Numbered from the stretch's first letter, positions 20,426 to 32,296 are shown. The stretch is DNA of 64,000 nt from Escherichia coli (GCF_003790525.1 NZ_CP033635.1); one strand, 5' to 3'. Notes: generated from the letters alone by a model not told the origin. Numbers and translations are program-made.

Positions 20426-21952
20426 TTAAGACAAACGTGGGTAAATCCCCGGACCTATCGGCAGACCAACAAGATACCACGCCAGCAACATCAGCAGCCA
20501 TACCACCAAAAAGATAAGTGGATAGGGCAAAACTAACGAATAGTAAGTACCCAGTTTCGCGTCTGGTTTGTAGCGTTGCAGGAATCCAAGAAACAGTGGA
20601 ACAAAAGGAGATACTGGCGCTAAAGGCAATACGGATGAGTCGGCAATACGAAAGAGGATTTGCGCAAATGCCGGGTGAAAGCCAAGTAGCATAAACATCG
20701 GTACGAAAATGGGGGCCAGAATCGACCAGATTGCGGAACCGCTGGCGATAAACATGCATAAGAAAGAGGAAAGCAACGCCAGACCGACAAACGCCGGGAT
20801 GCCGCTAAGCCCTGAACTTTCCAGTATATCGGTCAGCCCCACGGCGATGAATTTCCCCATGTTGCTCCAGTTAAACATGGCGACAAACTGGGCGAGGGGA
20901 AAAACCATCACGATAAATCCCGCCATCTCTTTCATCGGTTCAATCATTAAATGCGGTAAATCCGCCTGACGTCGAATTGTGCGGGTAGCGATGCCATAAG
21001 CCAGCGAGACCACAAAGAAAAAAAGAATGATCAGTGGCACGATACCTTTAATAAAGGGTGATGGCATCACGGTGTGATTAATCGGATCGCGCAATATCCC
21101 GTTTTCCGGGATCACCATCAGCGCAATCGCAGCAATAAAAAGTAGCGATACGACACCTGCTATGCGTAAACCAAAACGCTGACTTTCGGTCAATGTCTGC
21201 AGTTTCTCATCGCTGTTTCCCTGCCATTGACCTAAACGTGGCTCAATGATTTTGTCGGTTATCAGGCCGCCAACAATCGTCAGTACGACTACGGAGCTGG
21301 CCATAAAATACCAGTTATCAATTACACTGACGTGCATTTGCGGATTGAACGCAGCCGCAGCCTCCGTGCTGATCCCCGACAGCAACACGTCGGTTGTGAC
21401 AATCAGTAAATTAGCCGTAAAGCCGCAACCTACGCCTGCAATGGCAGCCAGTAAACCTGCAACTGGATGCCTGCCCACCGCCAGAAAAATTAGCGCACCC
21501 ATCGGTGGCATGATCACTAACGCCGCATCGGAAGAAATGTGGCTGAAAAAAGCAATAAACAGCACCATATAACTGGCGTAGCGGGCATTAACATGCGATG
21601 CCATTTTAACCATTAGCGCTGGCAGTAAGCCTACGCGCTCCGCCAGACCGGCACCTAAAACCAGCGCCAGGATCGCACCAAGTGGAGCAAAACCGCTAAA
21701 GTTTTTAATAACATTGGGTAAAAACCAGTGTAATCCTTCCACACTGAGCAGGTTTTTCACCACCACCGGCGTACCATCGGCCGGGTTTTTCGCACTGACG
21801 CCAAAGGCTGACAAAATTGCCGTCGTCACCATGAGTACGATAATCAAATAGATAAAGAGCAAAAAAGGATGGGGAACCTTGTTACCAATTCTTTCGACCC
21901 AGCCATAGAGCTTCCCGGATTGGGAGGACGACGGTATGGATGACATACTCAT
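20426..21952 (-). CDS. abgT: p-Aminobenzoyl-glutamate transporter
   Basis: About 508 aa polytopic membrane protein; position downstream of abgAB. Confidence 0.9.
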   Translation of the reverse strand: MSMSSIPSSSQSGKLYGWVERIGNKVPHPFLLFIYLIIVLMVTTAILSAFGVSAKNPADGTPVVVKNLLSVEGLHWFLPNVIKNFSGFAPLGAILALVLGAGLAERVGLLPALMVKMASHVNARYASYMVLFIAFFSHISSDAALVIMPPMGALIFLAVGRHPVAGLLAAIAGVGCGFTANLLIVTTDVLLSGISTEAAAAFNPQMHVSVIDNWYFMASSVVVLTIVGGLITDKIIEPRLGQWQGNSDEKLQTLTESQRFGLRIAGVVSLLFIAAIALMVIPENGILRDPINHTVMPSPFIKGIVPLIILFFFVVSLAYGIATRTIRRQADLPHLMIEPMKEMAGFIVMVFPLAQFVAMFNWSNMGKFIAVGLTDILESSGLSGIPAFVGLALLSSFLCMFIASGSAIWSILAPIFVPMFMLLGFHPAFAQILFRIADSSVLPLAPVSPFVPLFLGFLQRYKPDAKLGTYYSLVLPYPLIFLVVWLLMLLAWYLVGLPIGPGIYPRLS

Positions 21953-21988
21953 GGGCATTCCTCGTTTGTTGTGTTTGCGTTGTTGTTG

Positions 21989-23434
21989 TTATTTTAAAGG
22001 TGACGGTGTCACGTTTTTCGGGATAGGGCAGTGATACGGTTGCGTGTCCGTAACTTGCTGATGCTCTTGTTGGCATTCTTGCAATAGCCCTGAATCAATG
22101 AAGAGATTAAGTGTGGTTGCTGCCATAGTTTTCGCCGCCAGCAGCATTCCTTTATGAGCAATAGATGTTCGCCCCTGGCTAACCAGTTGCCACGTATGTA
22201 GCGGGGTACCGACGGCAAAGCAGGGGCTGAAACACTGGGCAACAGGCAGTTTCCAACTGACGTCGCCGACATCAGTCGATGCCGCAAGCACGTTATCGGT
22301 GGCGGCATATGGAGCGACTTCATTCGCCAGTACCGTTTCACGATGACGTAGTGCAAAAGCCTTGCCGTTTTCGCCACCGGTTGCAGCGATATTATTCAGA
22401 CTGTTTTGCCGATCGTTGGGGGTGAGCGTAGCCTGAATTTGTTTCGCAAAAGCCAGTTCTTCGCAGTTCCATTCCGGGGTACCAAAATGGGATAGGGCTC
22501 GGTACATGGCATTTTCTAAGGTGCGATTCGGGAGATAACTGGAACAGGCTTTGTCGAAGCGGCATTCAACCGTGGTTTCGGTCATCAATGCCGCACCTTC
22601 GGCGATTTTGGCGACCCGATCATAAATATGCTGCACATCGGTCATTTCGGGGGCGCGGATAAGATAAAGCACTTCTGCCTGCGCCTGGACCACGTTGGGC
22701 GAGATCCCGCCGCTATCTGTGATGGCATAGTGTACGCGCGCTTTTTCAATAATATGTTCGTTGAGGAAGTTGGTGCCAGTGGTCATCAACGTTACGGCAT
22801 CAAGGGCGCTGCGTCCCAAATGAGGGGAATTCGCGGCATGTGCTGCGATCCCTTTAAAGCGCCATGATGCCTGAATGTTTGCCAGCGTGCGGGTATTGAA
22901 CATACCGGCAAAGGCTTCCGGGTGCCAGGTGAGTGCCGCATCCACATCATCAAATACCCCCTCGCGGACCATGAACGTTTTACCCGAGCCGCCTTCTTCG
23001 CCAGGACAACCATAAAAGCGCACCGTGCCGCCTTGCCCATATTGTTCCAGCCATTTCTTGACGGCTATTGCAGCGGCAAAGGCGGCGGTTCCCAGCAAAT
23101 TGTGTCCGCAACCGTGACCATTTTCACCGGGCGTCGCGGATGTAGGTTGCGCGCAACTTGCTTGCTGACTTAAACCTGCCAGGGCGTCATATTCCCCCAG
23201 CAGGGCGATAACCGGTTTGCCTTGACCAAACGAAGCAATAAAGGCATTTGGGATATTGCCTACGTTGCGGGTAACGGTGAAGCCTGCAGACTCCAGCGCC
23301 GAAGCCAGATGCTCCGCTGACCAGAACTCTTCAAAACGTGTTTCTGGATGATCCCAGATTTGATCGGCAATATCGGTATAACGTTGGCGATCGGCTTCAA
23401 TCGCATCGTCGATAAAACGATAGATTTCCTGCAT
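21989..23434 (-). CDS. abgB: p-Aminobenzoyl-glutamate hydrolase subunit B (M20 peptidase)
   Basis: 481 aa; M20 family metal ligands; start overlaps abgA stop. Confidence 0.9.
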   Translation of the reverse strand: MQEIYRFIDDAIEADRQRYTDIADQIWDHPETRFEEFWSAEHLASALESAGFTVTRNVGNIPNAFIASFGQGKPVIALLGEYDALAGLSQQASCAQPTSATPGENGHGCGHNLLGTAAFAAAIAVKKWLEQYGQGGTVRFYGCPGEEGGSGKTFMVREGVFDDVDAALTWHPEAFAGMFNTRTLANIQASWRFKGIAAHAANSPHLGRSALDAVTLMTTGTNFLNEHIIEKARVHYAITDSGGISPNVVQAQAEVLYLIRAPEMTDVQHIYDRVAKIAEGAALMTETTVECRFDKACSSYLPNRTLENAMYRALSHFGTPEWNCEELAFAKQIQATLTPNDRQNSLNNIAATGGENGKAFALRHRETVLANEVAPYAATDNVLAASTDVGDVSWKLPVAQCFSPCFAVGTPLHTWQLVSQGRTSIAHKGMLLAAKTMAATTLNLFIDSGLLQECQQEHQQVTDTQPYHCPIPKNVTPSPLK

Positions 23435-24744
23435 CAGATACCTCGCGTCCAGGGAAAATTGAGCGCGGTGCGCGCCAGCGTTTCGACGGCAATAGCGAGA
23501 ACCTGCTCGTCAAAATCGAATTTTTCATTGTGATGACCTGCCGCCAGCTGTGTGCCAAATACCATGTAGGAGGCTTGCCCTTGATGTCGCTGCACGCGGG
23601 CCATCATTAATGTGGCATCTTCGGAACCCGCAGGCGCTTCAACACGTTCAATGGCCTGATTGACCCCCGCGACCTGAGCCGCCTGGATTTGCAACCATGC
23701 GACCCATTGCGGCGAAGGAGAACTGGCGGTAGCAGCACCCATCAGACGAGTTTCAACGCCGACACCATACATGGTTGCTGCGCCCTGAATCGCTTGTTGT
23801 GCACGTTCAAAAACATATTGATTAATGACGTCGCTGGCCCCGCGTGTTTCCACTTTCAGCAACGCCGAGGCAGGAACAACATTACGACCGCTTCCTGCCT
23901 GCATAACGCCCACGTTTACTCTGGAAGCGCCTTCGCTGTGCGGGGCGATTGCATGCAGTGCAAGAGTTGCTTGTGCTGCCGCCAACAAGGCATTGTGACC
24001 GTCTTCTGGTTTTGCGCCTGCGTGAGCGGCGGTCCCGGTGAAGTGCGCGTCAAATTTGGTGGTTGCCATAAAATTATCACTGCCGCACACCACGGTGCCC
24101 GCAGGTACGCCAGTGCCAATGTGCACGGCAGTAAAATAATCAACATCATCTACGACACCTGCATCGACCATCGCCCGCGCGCCACGCGTACCTTCCTCTG
24201 CAGGCTGAAAAATCAGTTTGATGACGCCATGTAGTCCGGACTCGAATTGTTTAAGGGTATGCGCCAGCCCAAGCCCAATGGCGGTATGCCCATCATGACC
24301 ACAGGCATGCATCATTCCGGCGTTACATGACGCAAAACCGTCGCGGTAGGGGCGATGGCTGACATCCTGCTCTTCACTGAGATCCAGCGCGTCCATATCG
24401 ACACGGAAAGCCATCACCGGACCGGGGCGACCAGTATCCAGGGTAGCGACGATGCCAGTGAAACCGCCTTCAAAAGCCGCAATCCATTGTTCTAGCGCCC
24501 CCTGTTGACGAGCGCGCTCGAATTCGCGTTGTAGAGTGAATTCATCAGGTAATCCCATCCGGCTACTTTCATTAACGACTTCGCGGCCCAGCGCCAGTGA
24601 ATAACCGAGCTGGTGCAATTCTTCCGCAACAACGGTGGCAGTGCGGAATTCCACCCAGCCAGACTCTGCATAGTGGTGAAAATCACGTCGCCAGTGCGAT
24701 AATTTTGGGGCAAGCGAATTAATAAATTGATTCAAAGACTCCAT
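23434..24744 (-). CDS. abgA: p-Aminobenzoyl-glutamate hydrolase subunit A (M20 peptidase)
   Basis: About 436 aa from MESLNQFINSLAP; M20 family. Confidence 0.9.
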   Translation of the reverse strand: MESLNQFINSLAPKLSHWRRDFHHYAESGWVEFRTATVVAEELHQLGYSLALGREVVNESSRMGLPDEFTLQREFERARQQGALEQWIAAFEGGFTGIVATLDTGRPGPVMAFRVDMDALDLSEEQDVSHRPYRDGFASCNAGMMHACGHDGHTAIGLGLAHTLKQFESGLHGVIKLIFQPAEEGTRGARAMVDAGVVDDVDYFTAVHIGTGVPAGTVVCGSDNFMATTKFDAHFTGTAAHAGAKPEDGHNALLAAAQATLALHAIAPHSEGASRVNVGVMQAGSGRNVVPASALLKVETRGASDVINQYVFERAQQAIQGAATMYGVGVETRLMGAATASSPSPQWVAWLQIQAAQVAGVNQAIERVEAPAGSEDATLMMARVQRHQGQASYMVFGTQLAAGHHNEKFDFDEQVLAIAVETLARTALNFPWTRGI

Positions 24745-24919
24745 AACCTTTCCCGTCATCAGTAAAAAGTGTGACCCGGTTCACGTAGCGATAGTTTTTA
24801 CTTATCACTAACTGATTTTTCACAGTTTTAACCGTTCATAAATTACCCTGACACAATCATCTGCATTAAAGTAGATGCCAGTTTCTTTGGTCTGATAAAT
24901 AACGGTTATCGGTGGCGTC

Positions 24920-25828
24920 ATGGCTTTTCAGGTAAAAATTCATCAAATTCGGGCTTTTGTTGAAGTGGCTCGTCAGGGCAGCATTCGCGGAGCGAGCCGA
25001 ATGTTGAATATGTCGCAACCGGCACTGAGTAAATCTATTCAGGAACTGGAAGAAGGGTTGGCGGCACAACTCTTTTTTCGCCGTAGTAAAGGCGTGACGT
25101 TAACTGATGCCGGTGAAAGTTTTTATCAGCACGCCAGTCTTATTCTTGAAGAGCTGCGCGCAGCGCAAGAGGATATTCGCCAACGACAAGGGCAACTGGC
25201 AGGGCAAATTAATATCGGCATGGGGGCCAGTATTTCCCGCAGTCTGATGCCAGCTGTCATATCTCGTTTTCATCAGCAGCATCCGCAGGTAAAAGTACGC
25301 ATTATGGAAGGGCAACTGGTGTCGATGATTAATGAATTGCGCCAGGGAGAACTGGATTTCACCATCAATACCTATTATCAGGGACCCTACGACCACGAAT
25401 TTACTTTTGAGAAATTACTGGAAAAGCAATTCGCGATCTTTTGCCGCCCGGGACATCCCGCCATTGGTGCCCGTTCGATCAAACAGTTACTGGACTACAG
25501 CTGGACAATGCCGACGCCACACGGCAGCTACTACAAACAGTTGAGTGAATTGCTTGACGATCAGGCGCAAACGCCACAGGTCGGCGTAGTCTGCGAGACG
25601 TTCTCAGCCTGTATCAGTCTGGTGGCAAAAAGCGATTTTCTCAGCATACTACCTGAAGAAATGGGCTGCGATCCCTTGCACGGACAGGGGCTGGTGATGT
25701 TGCCGGTTAGCGAAATTTTACCGAAAGCGACCTATTATTTGATTCAGCGGCGTGATAGTCGCCAGACACCACTGACCGCGTCATTAATCACGCAATTTCG
25801 GCGAGAATGCGGCTATCTGCAAAGTTAA
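24920..25828 (+). CDS. abgR: LysR-family regulator of abg operon
   Basis: 302 aa; LysR HTH; divergent from abgABT. Confidence 0.9.
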   Translation: MAFQVKIHQIRAFVEVARQGSIRGASRMLNMSQPALSKSIQELEEGLAAQLFFRRSKGVTLTDAGESFYQHASLILEELRAAQEDIRQRQGQLAGQINIGMGASISRSLMPAVISRFHQQHPQVKVRIMEGQLVSMINELRQGELDFTINTYYQGPYDHEFTFEKLLEKQFAIFCRPGHPAIGARSIKQLLDYSWTMPTPHGSYYKQLSELLDDQAQTPQVGVVCETFSACISLVAKSDFLSILPEEMGCDPLHGQGLVMLPVSEILPKATYYLIQRRDSRQTPLTASLITQFRRECGYLQS

Positions 25829-25836
25829 AACTGCAT

Positions 25837-25931
25837 AAAAAAAATAGAGTCTGTCGACATCCGCCAGACTCTACAGTACACACAGCAGTGCATCCGCGTC
25901 TTAAATCCGGCATGGTCTCCTCTGCGCCGGT
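25837..25931 (-). ncRNA. mcaS: McaS (IsrA) small regulatory RNA
   Basis: Minus-strand sequence ACCGGCGCAGAGGAGACCATGCCGGATTTAAGACGCGGATGCACTGCTGTGTGTACTGTAGAGTCTGGCGGATGTCGACAGACTCTATTTTTTTT matches remembered McaS, including terminal hairpin and U-tract; located between abgR and smrA as in K-12. Confidence 0.85.
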
Positions 25932-26158
25932 GACTGTGTTATAACGGTTTTAACCTTTAGTTGCCAATTTTCTTCAGTGACAGATTTCACGAAAATATAA
26001 GTTACATTATTAATATAGTGAATGAATAATCATGCATAAGCATTTTGCTTAAAATATCGGCAACATTTGGAACTTATTACTGGAAATTTGGGTAATACGT
26101 TGTTGGACCAGCCCGGTCTGGTTATCATATCGCGCTCTTAATTGCGGGAGGATGTAAC

Positions 26159-26722
26159 ATGAACCTTGACGACAAATCGCTGTTTCTTGACGCCATGGAA
26201 GATGTCCAGCCGCTGAAACGTGCTACAGATGTCCACTGGCATCCAACGCGTAACCAACGTGCGCCGCAGCGTATCGACACGCTGCAACTTGATAATTTCC
26301 TCACCACTGGATTTCTCGACATCATCCCGCTAACTCAGCCGCTGGAGTTTCGGCGGGAAGGGTTGCAACATGGGGTGCTGGATAAGCTGCGCAGTGGTAA
26401 ATACCCGCAACAGGCGAGCCTGAATCTTTTGCGCCAGCCGGTGGAAGAGTGCCGCAAAATGGTGTTCAGTTTCATTCAACAAGCCCTGGCGGATGGTTTG
26501 CGTAATGTGCTGATTATTCATGGTAAAGGGCGGGAAGATAAATCGCATGCCAATATTGTCCGCAGCTATGTGGCGCGCTGGTTGACCGAATTTGATGATG
26601 TCCAGGCATATTGTACCGCGCTACCGCATCATGGCGGCAGCGGGGCGTGTTACGTCGCACTACGTAAAACGGCACAGGCAAAGCAAGAAAACTGGGAGCG
26701 CCACGCTAAGCGCAGTCGTTGA
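26159..26722 (+). CDS. smrA: Smr-domain DNA endonuclease
   Basis: 187 aa; C-terminal Smr domain (LIIHGKG); RBS GGGAGGA. Confidence 0.88.
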   Translation: MNLDDKSLFLDAMEDVQPLKRATDVHWHPTRNQRAPQRIDTLQLDNFLTTGFLDIIPLTQPLEFRREGLQHGVLDKLRSGKYPQQASLNLLRQPVEECRKMVFSFIQQALADGLRNVLIIHGKGREDKSHANIVRSYVARWLTEFDDVQAYCTALPHHGGSGACYVALRKTAQAKQENWERHAKRSR

Positions 26723-26742
26723 TCTCGAGACGCATCCGCGGC

Positions 26743-27975
26743 TTATGCCGCCAGCACGCGGTTGCGTCCATCATTTTTCGCCCGATACAAAGCATCATCA
26801 ACGCGTTTAAACAGCTCATCGATGCTTTCATTTCCTTCGTGATGCGCCACACCAATGCTGACGGTAAAGCGTGGTAAGCCCGAAATACTCACTTTTGCCA
26901 CGCTTACGCGGATAGTTTCAGCCAGCGAAAGCGCGGTATCCAGTGGGGTTCTTGGTAGCAATAAGACAAACTCTTCGCCTCCCCAACGAAACACCAAATC
27001 GCCTTTGCGAGCGCAACTTTCGAGGGTGCGGGCGAGGGCGCATAACACCTCATCACCTTTAGAATGCCCATAGAGATCGTTAATGTGTTTAAAACGATCG
27101 GTGTCGATGAGCAACAAGCTGTAATCCTGAGCGATGGCGAGGTGCTGCATTTGGCCTGGCTCGGTAATGTGATAAAACTGTCGCCGATTCAGTAATCCGG
27201 TCATCGCGTCATGGTGGGCAGCATGTTCCAGCTGCTCCTCCAGCCGTTTTTGCTCAGTAATATCATGCACAATACATAACATGAGCTTGTCGCCATAAAT
27301 TTCAATCGGACCGGCATAGGTCTGCACATGACGAGTCGAACCATCCGCCAATTTATGAACAAAATTCAAAGGCTTATGGCCACCGGGTAAATGCGAAATT
27401 TCATGCATGATAGGCATGACGCGTCGCCCGAGCATATTTATTTCCCAGGTATGTTTCTGGCACATCGTTTCATGGTTATAACCATAGAAATTGAGCGCGG
27501 CGAGGTTAGCATCAACGATTTGGCCATCTCGTGAGGGGTCAATCAACAACATTGGTGCAGAGTTAGTCAGAAAAAAGCGCGCATAAAAACCTTGTTTTTT
27601 GCGCTGATAATTTGCCGAGCGACTGGCTTTTAAACCCAGCGTTGCCGGCGCTTCGATACCTTCGAAAATAATCACCGGTTCTGCTTCTGTCAGCTCTCGC
27701 AAAACAAGCCGACAGCTTAATGCTGTTTCCTCTTCTTTACGTTGAACGGTGAGGATTTCGATAATATCGTGTTGGTTTTGCAGATCGGAGAGGTATTTCG
27801 GCAGTTCTTTTTGTGAGGAGACGGAATAGGGACCGGTTCGTAGCTGACTAAACGTGAGGTCTTGCATCAACAGTCGCGCCGCGCTGTTGGCATAAATTAA
27901 CTGTTCCTCAAAGGGCGAAACGATCCAGACAGGACTGGTGAGTAAGTCCAGGGTATTGAAGTTGTGCGTAATCAT
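26743..27975 (-). CDS. dgcM: Diguanylate cyclase with PAS domains
   Basis: About 410 aa from MITHNFNTLDLL; GGDEF-type active site RWGGEEF. Confidence 0.88.
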   Translation of the reverse strand: MITHNFNTLDLLTSPVWIVSPFEEQLIYANSAARLLMQDLTFSQLRTGPYSVSSQKELPKYLSDLQNQHDIIEILTVQRKEEETALSCRLVLRELTEAEPVIIFEGIEAPATLGLKASRSANYQRKKQGFYARFFLTNSAPMLLIDPSRDGQIVDANLAALNFYGYNHETMCQKHTWEINMLGRRVMPIMHEISHLPGGHKPLNFVHKLADGSTRHVQTYAGPIEIYGDKLMLCIVHDITEQKRLEEQLEHAAHHDAMTGLLNRRQFYHITEPGQMQHLAIAQDYSLLLIDTDRFKHINDLYGHSKGDEVLCALARTLESCARKGDLVFRWGGEEFVLLLPRTPLDTALSLAETIRVSVAKVSISGLPRFTVSIGVAHHEGNESIDELFKRVDDALYRAKNDGRNRVLAA

Positions 27976-28208
27976 TGAGATCCCGTTATTTTTATCAATT
28001 TTTGTTGCTATCCGATCGCAAAAAAGCCACGTCATATGATCAGATAATTCTGATAATGATAGACGCTATTTAACACTTCACACGGTTTGTATACGGAAAA
28101 GCATTTTGCTTTTTGTATTCAATTTAGACAGAATTTTATTAATCATTTCAGGGTAATGGGGTGATGAGATGTTGCGTAACAGGGCCAGAAGGCTAGACTA
28201 CAAAATAA

Positions 28209-29213
<1,005 letters not shown>

Positions 29214-29259
29214 CAAAAGCAATTTTCCCGGCTGTCTGTATACAAAAACGCCGCAAAGT

Positions 29260-29273
29260 TTGAGCGAAGTCAA
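29260..29273. promoter_or_regulatory. FNR box of the fnrS promoter
   Basis: TTGAG-CGAA-GTCAA centred about 42 bp upstream of the FnrS 5' end, with -10-like CAATAT at 29296-29301. Confidence 0.7.
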
Positions 29274-29308
29274 TAAACTCTCTACCCATTCAGGGCAATA
29301 TCTCCCTT

Positions 29309-29430
29309 GCAGGTGAATGCAACGTCAAGCGATGGGCGTTGCGCTCCATATTGTCTTACTTCCTTTTTTGAATTACTGCATAGCACAATTGATTCGTACG
29401 ACGCCGACTTTGATGAGTCGGCTTTTTTTT
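29309..29430 (+). ncRNA. fnrS: FnrS small regulatory RNA (FNR-activated)
   Basis: GCAGGTGAATGCAACGTCAAGCGATGGGCGTTGCGCTCC...CGCCGACTTTGATGAGTCGGCTTTTTTTT matches remembered FnrS; 3' hairpin plus U8. Confidence 0.9.
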
Positions 29431-29487
29431 GCCTGTTATATATCAGCGTCTACCCTTTAAGAGTCCACCCAATGACCGGAGGGAAAT

Positions 29488-29661
29488 ATGACGACACTCA
29501 TTTATTTGCAAATTCCTGTCCCTGAACCGATTCCTGGCGATCCTGTTCCTGTGCCCGATCCGATCCCTCGCCCGCAACCCATGCCTGACCCACCCCCCGA
29601 TGAAGAACCGATTAAATTGTCGCATCGTGAGCGTAGATCTGCGAGGATACGTGCCTGCTGA
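29488..29661 (+). CDS. Candidate small proline-rich protein / upstream ORF (57 aa) 30 nt before dbpA
   Basis: ATG with SD GGAGGG 5 nt upstream; MTTLIYLQIPVPEPIPGDPVPVPDPIPRPQPMPDPPPDEEPIKLSHRERRSARIRAC; under 60 aa so absent from ORF track. Confidence 0.4.
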   Translation: MTTLIYLQIPVPEPIPGDPVPVPDPIPRPQPMPDPPPDEEPIKLSHRERRSARIRAC

Positions 29662-29690
29662 CTTTGCGTCGATGACCACGAGAATAGATT

Positions 29691-31064
29691 GTGACCGCTT
29701 TTTCTACCCTGAATGTTTTGCCTCCCGCCCAACTCACGAACCTTAATGAGTTGGGTTATTTAACCATGACGCCGGTGCAGGCCGCCGCGCTTCCGGCGAT
29801 CCTTGCCGGAAAAGATGTTCGCGTGCAGGCGAAAACCGGCAGTGGCAAAACGGCGGCTTTTGGCCTCGGCTTGTTACAGCAAATTGATGCGTCGCTATTT
29901 CAAACCCAGGCTTTAGTGCTGTGTCCTACGCGTGAACTGGCGGATCAGGTGGCAGGTGAATTGCGTCGGCTGGCGCGTTTTCTGCCAAATACCAAAATTT
30001 TGACGTTGTGCGGTGGTCAACCGTTCGGTATGCAGCGTGATTCGTTGCAACATGCGCCGCATATTATCGTGGCAACGCCGGGTCGTTTGCTGGATCACTT
30101 GCAAAAAGGCACGGTATCACTGGATGCGCTGAATACTTTGGTGATGGATGAGGCCGACCGCATGCTGGATATGGGATTTAGCGACGCCATTGATGATGTC
30201 ATCCGTTTTGCGCCAGCATCTCGACAGACGCTTCTGTTTTCGGCAACCTGGCCGGAAGCCATCGCCGCAATCAGCGGACGAGTGCAACGCGATCCTTTAG
30301 CGATTGAAATTGACTCAACAGATGCTCTGCCTCCCATTGAACAACAATTTTATGAGACATTCAGCAAAGGCAAAATTCCGTTGTTGCAACGGTTATTAAG
30401 TTTGCATCAGCCATCCTCTTGCGTGGTGTTTTGCAATACCAAAAAAGATTGCCAGGCTGTCTGTGACGCGCTGAATGAAGTAGGGCAAAGTGCATTGTCG
30501 TTACACGGCGATCTGGAGCAACGCGATCGCGATCAGACTCTGGTACGTTTTGCTAACGGTAGCGCCCGTGTACTGGTCGCGACTGATGTTGCTGCGCGTG
30601 GTCTGGATATTAAATCGCTTGAGCTGGTAGTGAACTTTGAACTGGCGTGGGACCCTGAAGTTCATGTACATCGCATCGGTCGTACAGCGCGTGCAGGAAA
30701 TAGCGGTCTGGCGATCAGTTTCTGTGCCCCGGAAGAAGCACAGCGGGCCAATATCATTTCTGACATGTTGCAGATAAAACTTAACTGGCAAACGCCGCCA
30801 GCTAATAGTTCCATTGTGCCGCTGGAAGCCGAAATGGCAACGTTATGTATCGATGGCGGGAAAAAAGCCAAAATGCGCCCGGGTGATGTATTAGGTGCGC
30901 TGACAGGAGATATCGGGCTTGATGGCGCAGATATTGGCAAAATCGCCGTGCATCCGGCGCATGTCTATGTCGCGGTGCGTCAGGCTGTTGCTCATAAAGC
31001 ATGGAAACAGTTACAGGGCGGGAAGATTAAAGGAAAAACGTGCCGGGTGCGGTTATTAAAATAA
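29691..31064 (+). CDS. dbpA: ATP-dependent RNA helicase DbpA (DEAD-box, 23S rRNA-specific)
   Basis: 457 aa; AKTGSGKT, DEAD (VMDEADRMLD), SAT, HRIGRTAR motifs. Confidence 0.93.
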   Translation: MTAFSTLNVLPPAQLTNLNELGYLTMTPVQAAALPAILAGKDVRVQAKTGSGKTAAFGLGLLQQIDASLFQTQALVLCPTRELADQVAGELRRLARFLPNTKILTLCGGQPFGMQRDSLQHAPHIIVATPGRLLDHLQKGTVSLDALNTLVMDEADRMLDMGFSDAIDDVIRFAPASRQTLLFSATWPEAIAAISGRVQRDPLAIEIDSTDALPPIEQQFYETFSKGKIPLLQRLLSLHQPSSCVVFCNTKKDCQAVCDALNEVGQSALSLHGDLEQRDRDQTLVRFANGSARVLVATDVAARGLDIKSLELVVNFELAWDPEVHVHRIGRTARAGNSGLAISFCAPEEAQRANIISDMLQIKLNWQTPPANSSIVPLEAEMATLCIDGGKKAKMRPGDVLGALTGDIGLDGADIGKIAVHPAHVYVAVRQAVAHKAWKQLQGGKIKGKTCRVRLLK

Positions 31065-31112
31065 TGAAATGTTGAATCGCAGGGTGCAAGAGTCAATATC
31101 TTCTTCGGGATT

Positions 31113-31174
31113 GCCGGATGCGACGCTGGCCGCGTCTTCTCCGGCCTCCATAAGAGTAGCCCGATAAGCTTGCG
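31113..31174. repeat. BIME: two REP elements in inverted orientation between convergent dbpA and ttcA
   Basis: GCCGGATGCGACGCTGGCCGCGTCTTCTCCGGCC followed by GTAGCCCGATAAGCTTGCGCATCGGGC. Confidence 0.6.
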
Positions 31175-31192
31175 CATCGGGCGCTATCCGGG

Positions 31193-32128
31193 TTATTTCA
31201 CTTCAACCACATTCAGTCGTAACTCATCCAACTGATTTTCATCTTCTTCAGGCTGCCAACCCGCCGGTTGTAGAGGGATCTCTTCGCGATCAAACGCCAG
31301 ATCACCCCCGTTAACCACTTCAGAACCGTGGGTAATGCCTTTGAAATCGAACAGGTTGGTATCGCACAGATGCGATGGCACCACATTCTGCATCGCGCTG
31401 AACATCGTCTCGATACGCCCCGGATAACGTTTATCCCAGTCACGCAACATGTCAGCAATCACCTGACGTTGCAGGTTAGGCTGTGAACCGCACAGGTTGC
31501 ACGGAATAATCGGGAACGCTTTTGCATCGGCAAAGCGCTGAATATCTTTCTCGCGGCAGTAGGCCAGCGGGCGAATCACGATATGTTTGCCATCATCGCT
31601 CATCAGTTTCGGAGGCATACCTTTCATCTTGCCGCCGTAGAACATATTTAAGAACAGCGTTTGCAGGATATCGTCACGATGGTGACCCAACGCGATCTTC
31701 GTCGCCCCCAGTTCCGTTGCGGTGCGATAAAGGATACCGCGACGAAGACGAGAACACAGTGAGCAAGTGGTTTTGCCCTCCGGAATCTTCTCTTTCACGA
31801 TACCGTAAGTGTTCTCTTCCACAATCTTGTACTCAACGCCCAGCGTTTCAAGATACTCGGGCAGAACGTGTTCCGGAAAGCCCGGTTGTTTTTGATCGAG
31901 GTTAACAGCCACCAGCGAAAAATTGATTGGCGCGCTTTGCTGCAAATTGCGCAGAATTTCCAGCATGGTATAGCTGTCTTTACCCCCGGAGAGGCAAACC
32001 ATGATGCGATCGCCTTCTTCAATCATATTGAAGTCAGCAATGGCTTCGCCCACGTTACGACGCAGACGTTTTTGTAATTTGTTCAGATTGTATTGTTCTT
32101 TCTTACTAATTTCTTGATTTTGCGACAT
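31193..32128 (-). CDS. ttcA: tRNA 2-thiocytidine(32) synthetase (PP-loop ATPase)
   Basis: 311 aa; PP-loop CLSGGKDS; Cys-x-x-Cys pairs. Confidence 0.92.
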   Translation of the reverse strand: MSQNQEISKKEQYNLNKLQKRLRRNVGEAIADFNMIEEGDRIMVCLSGGKDSYTMLEILRNLQQSAPINFSLVAVNLDQKQPGFPEHVLPEYLETLGVEYKIVEENTYGIVKEKIPEGKTTCSLCSRLRRGILYRTATELGATKIALGHHRDDILQTLFLNMFYGGKMKGMPPKLMSDDGKHIVIRPLAYCREKDIQRFADAKAFPIIPCNLCGSQPNLQRQVIADMLRDWDKRYPGRIETMFSAMQNVVPSHLCDTNLFDFKGITHGSEVVNGGDLAFDREEIPLQPAGWQPEEDENQLDELRLNVVEVK

Positions 32129-32271
32129 TTAAAAGCGACTCAATTCGTTATATGGCATCAGAAGAGTATGCGTCATGCCGGAACGCCCAGCATAAGAAAT
32201 CTGATATAAAAACTGTGGCGTGTATGGTACGGATTAGAGGGGAAAATGTCAGCACATTTGCGAAATGAATC

Positions 32272-32296
32272 AAAAAGCCCGCAGCAATGTGCGGGC
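32272..32296 (-). terminator. Rho-independent terminator of uspF
   Basis: GCCCGC / GCGGGC stem followed on minus strand by TTTTT. Confidence 0.6.

Noticed and set aside
29502-29732. 76-aa glycine-rich ORF on the minus strand between fnrS and dbpA
   Set aside because: It is the antisense shadow of the proline-rich plus-strand frame (CCN codons read as NGG), has no RBS, and overlaps the dbpA start.
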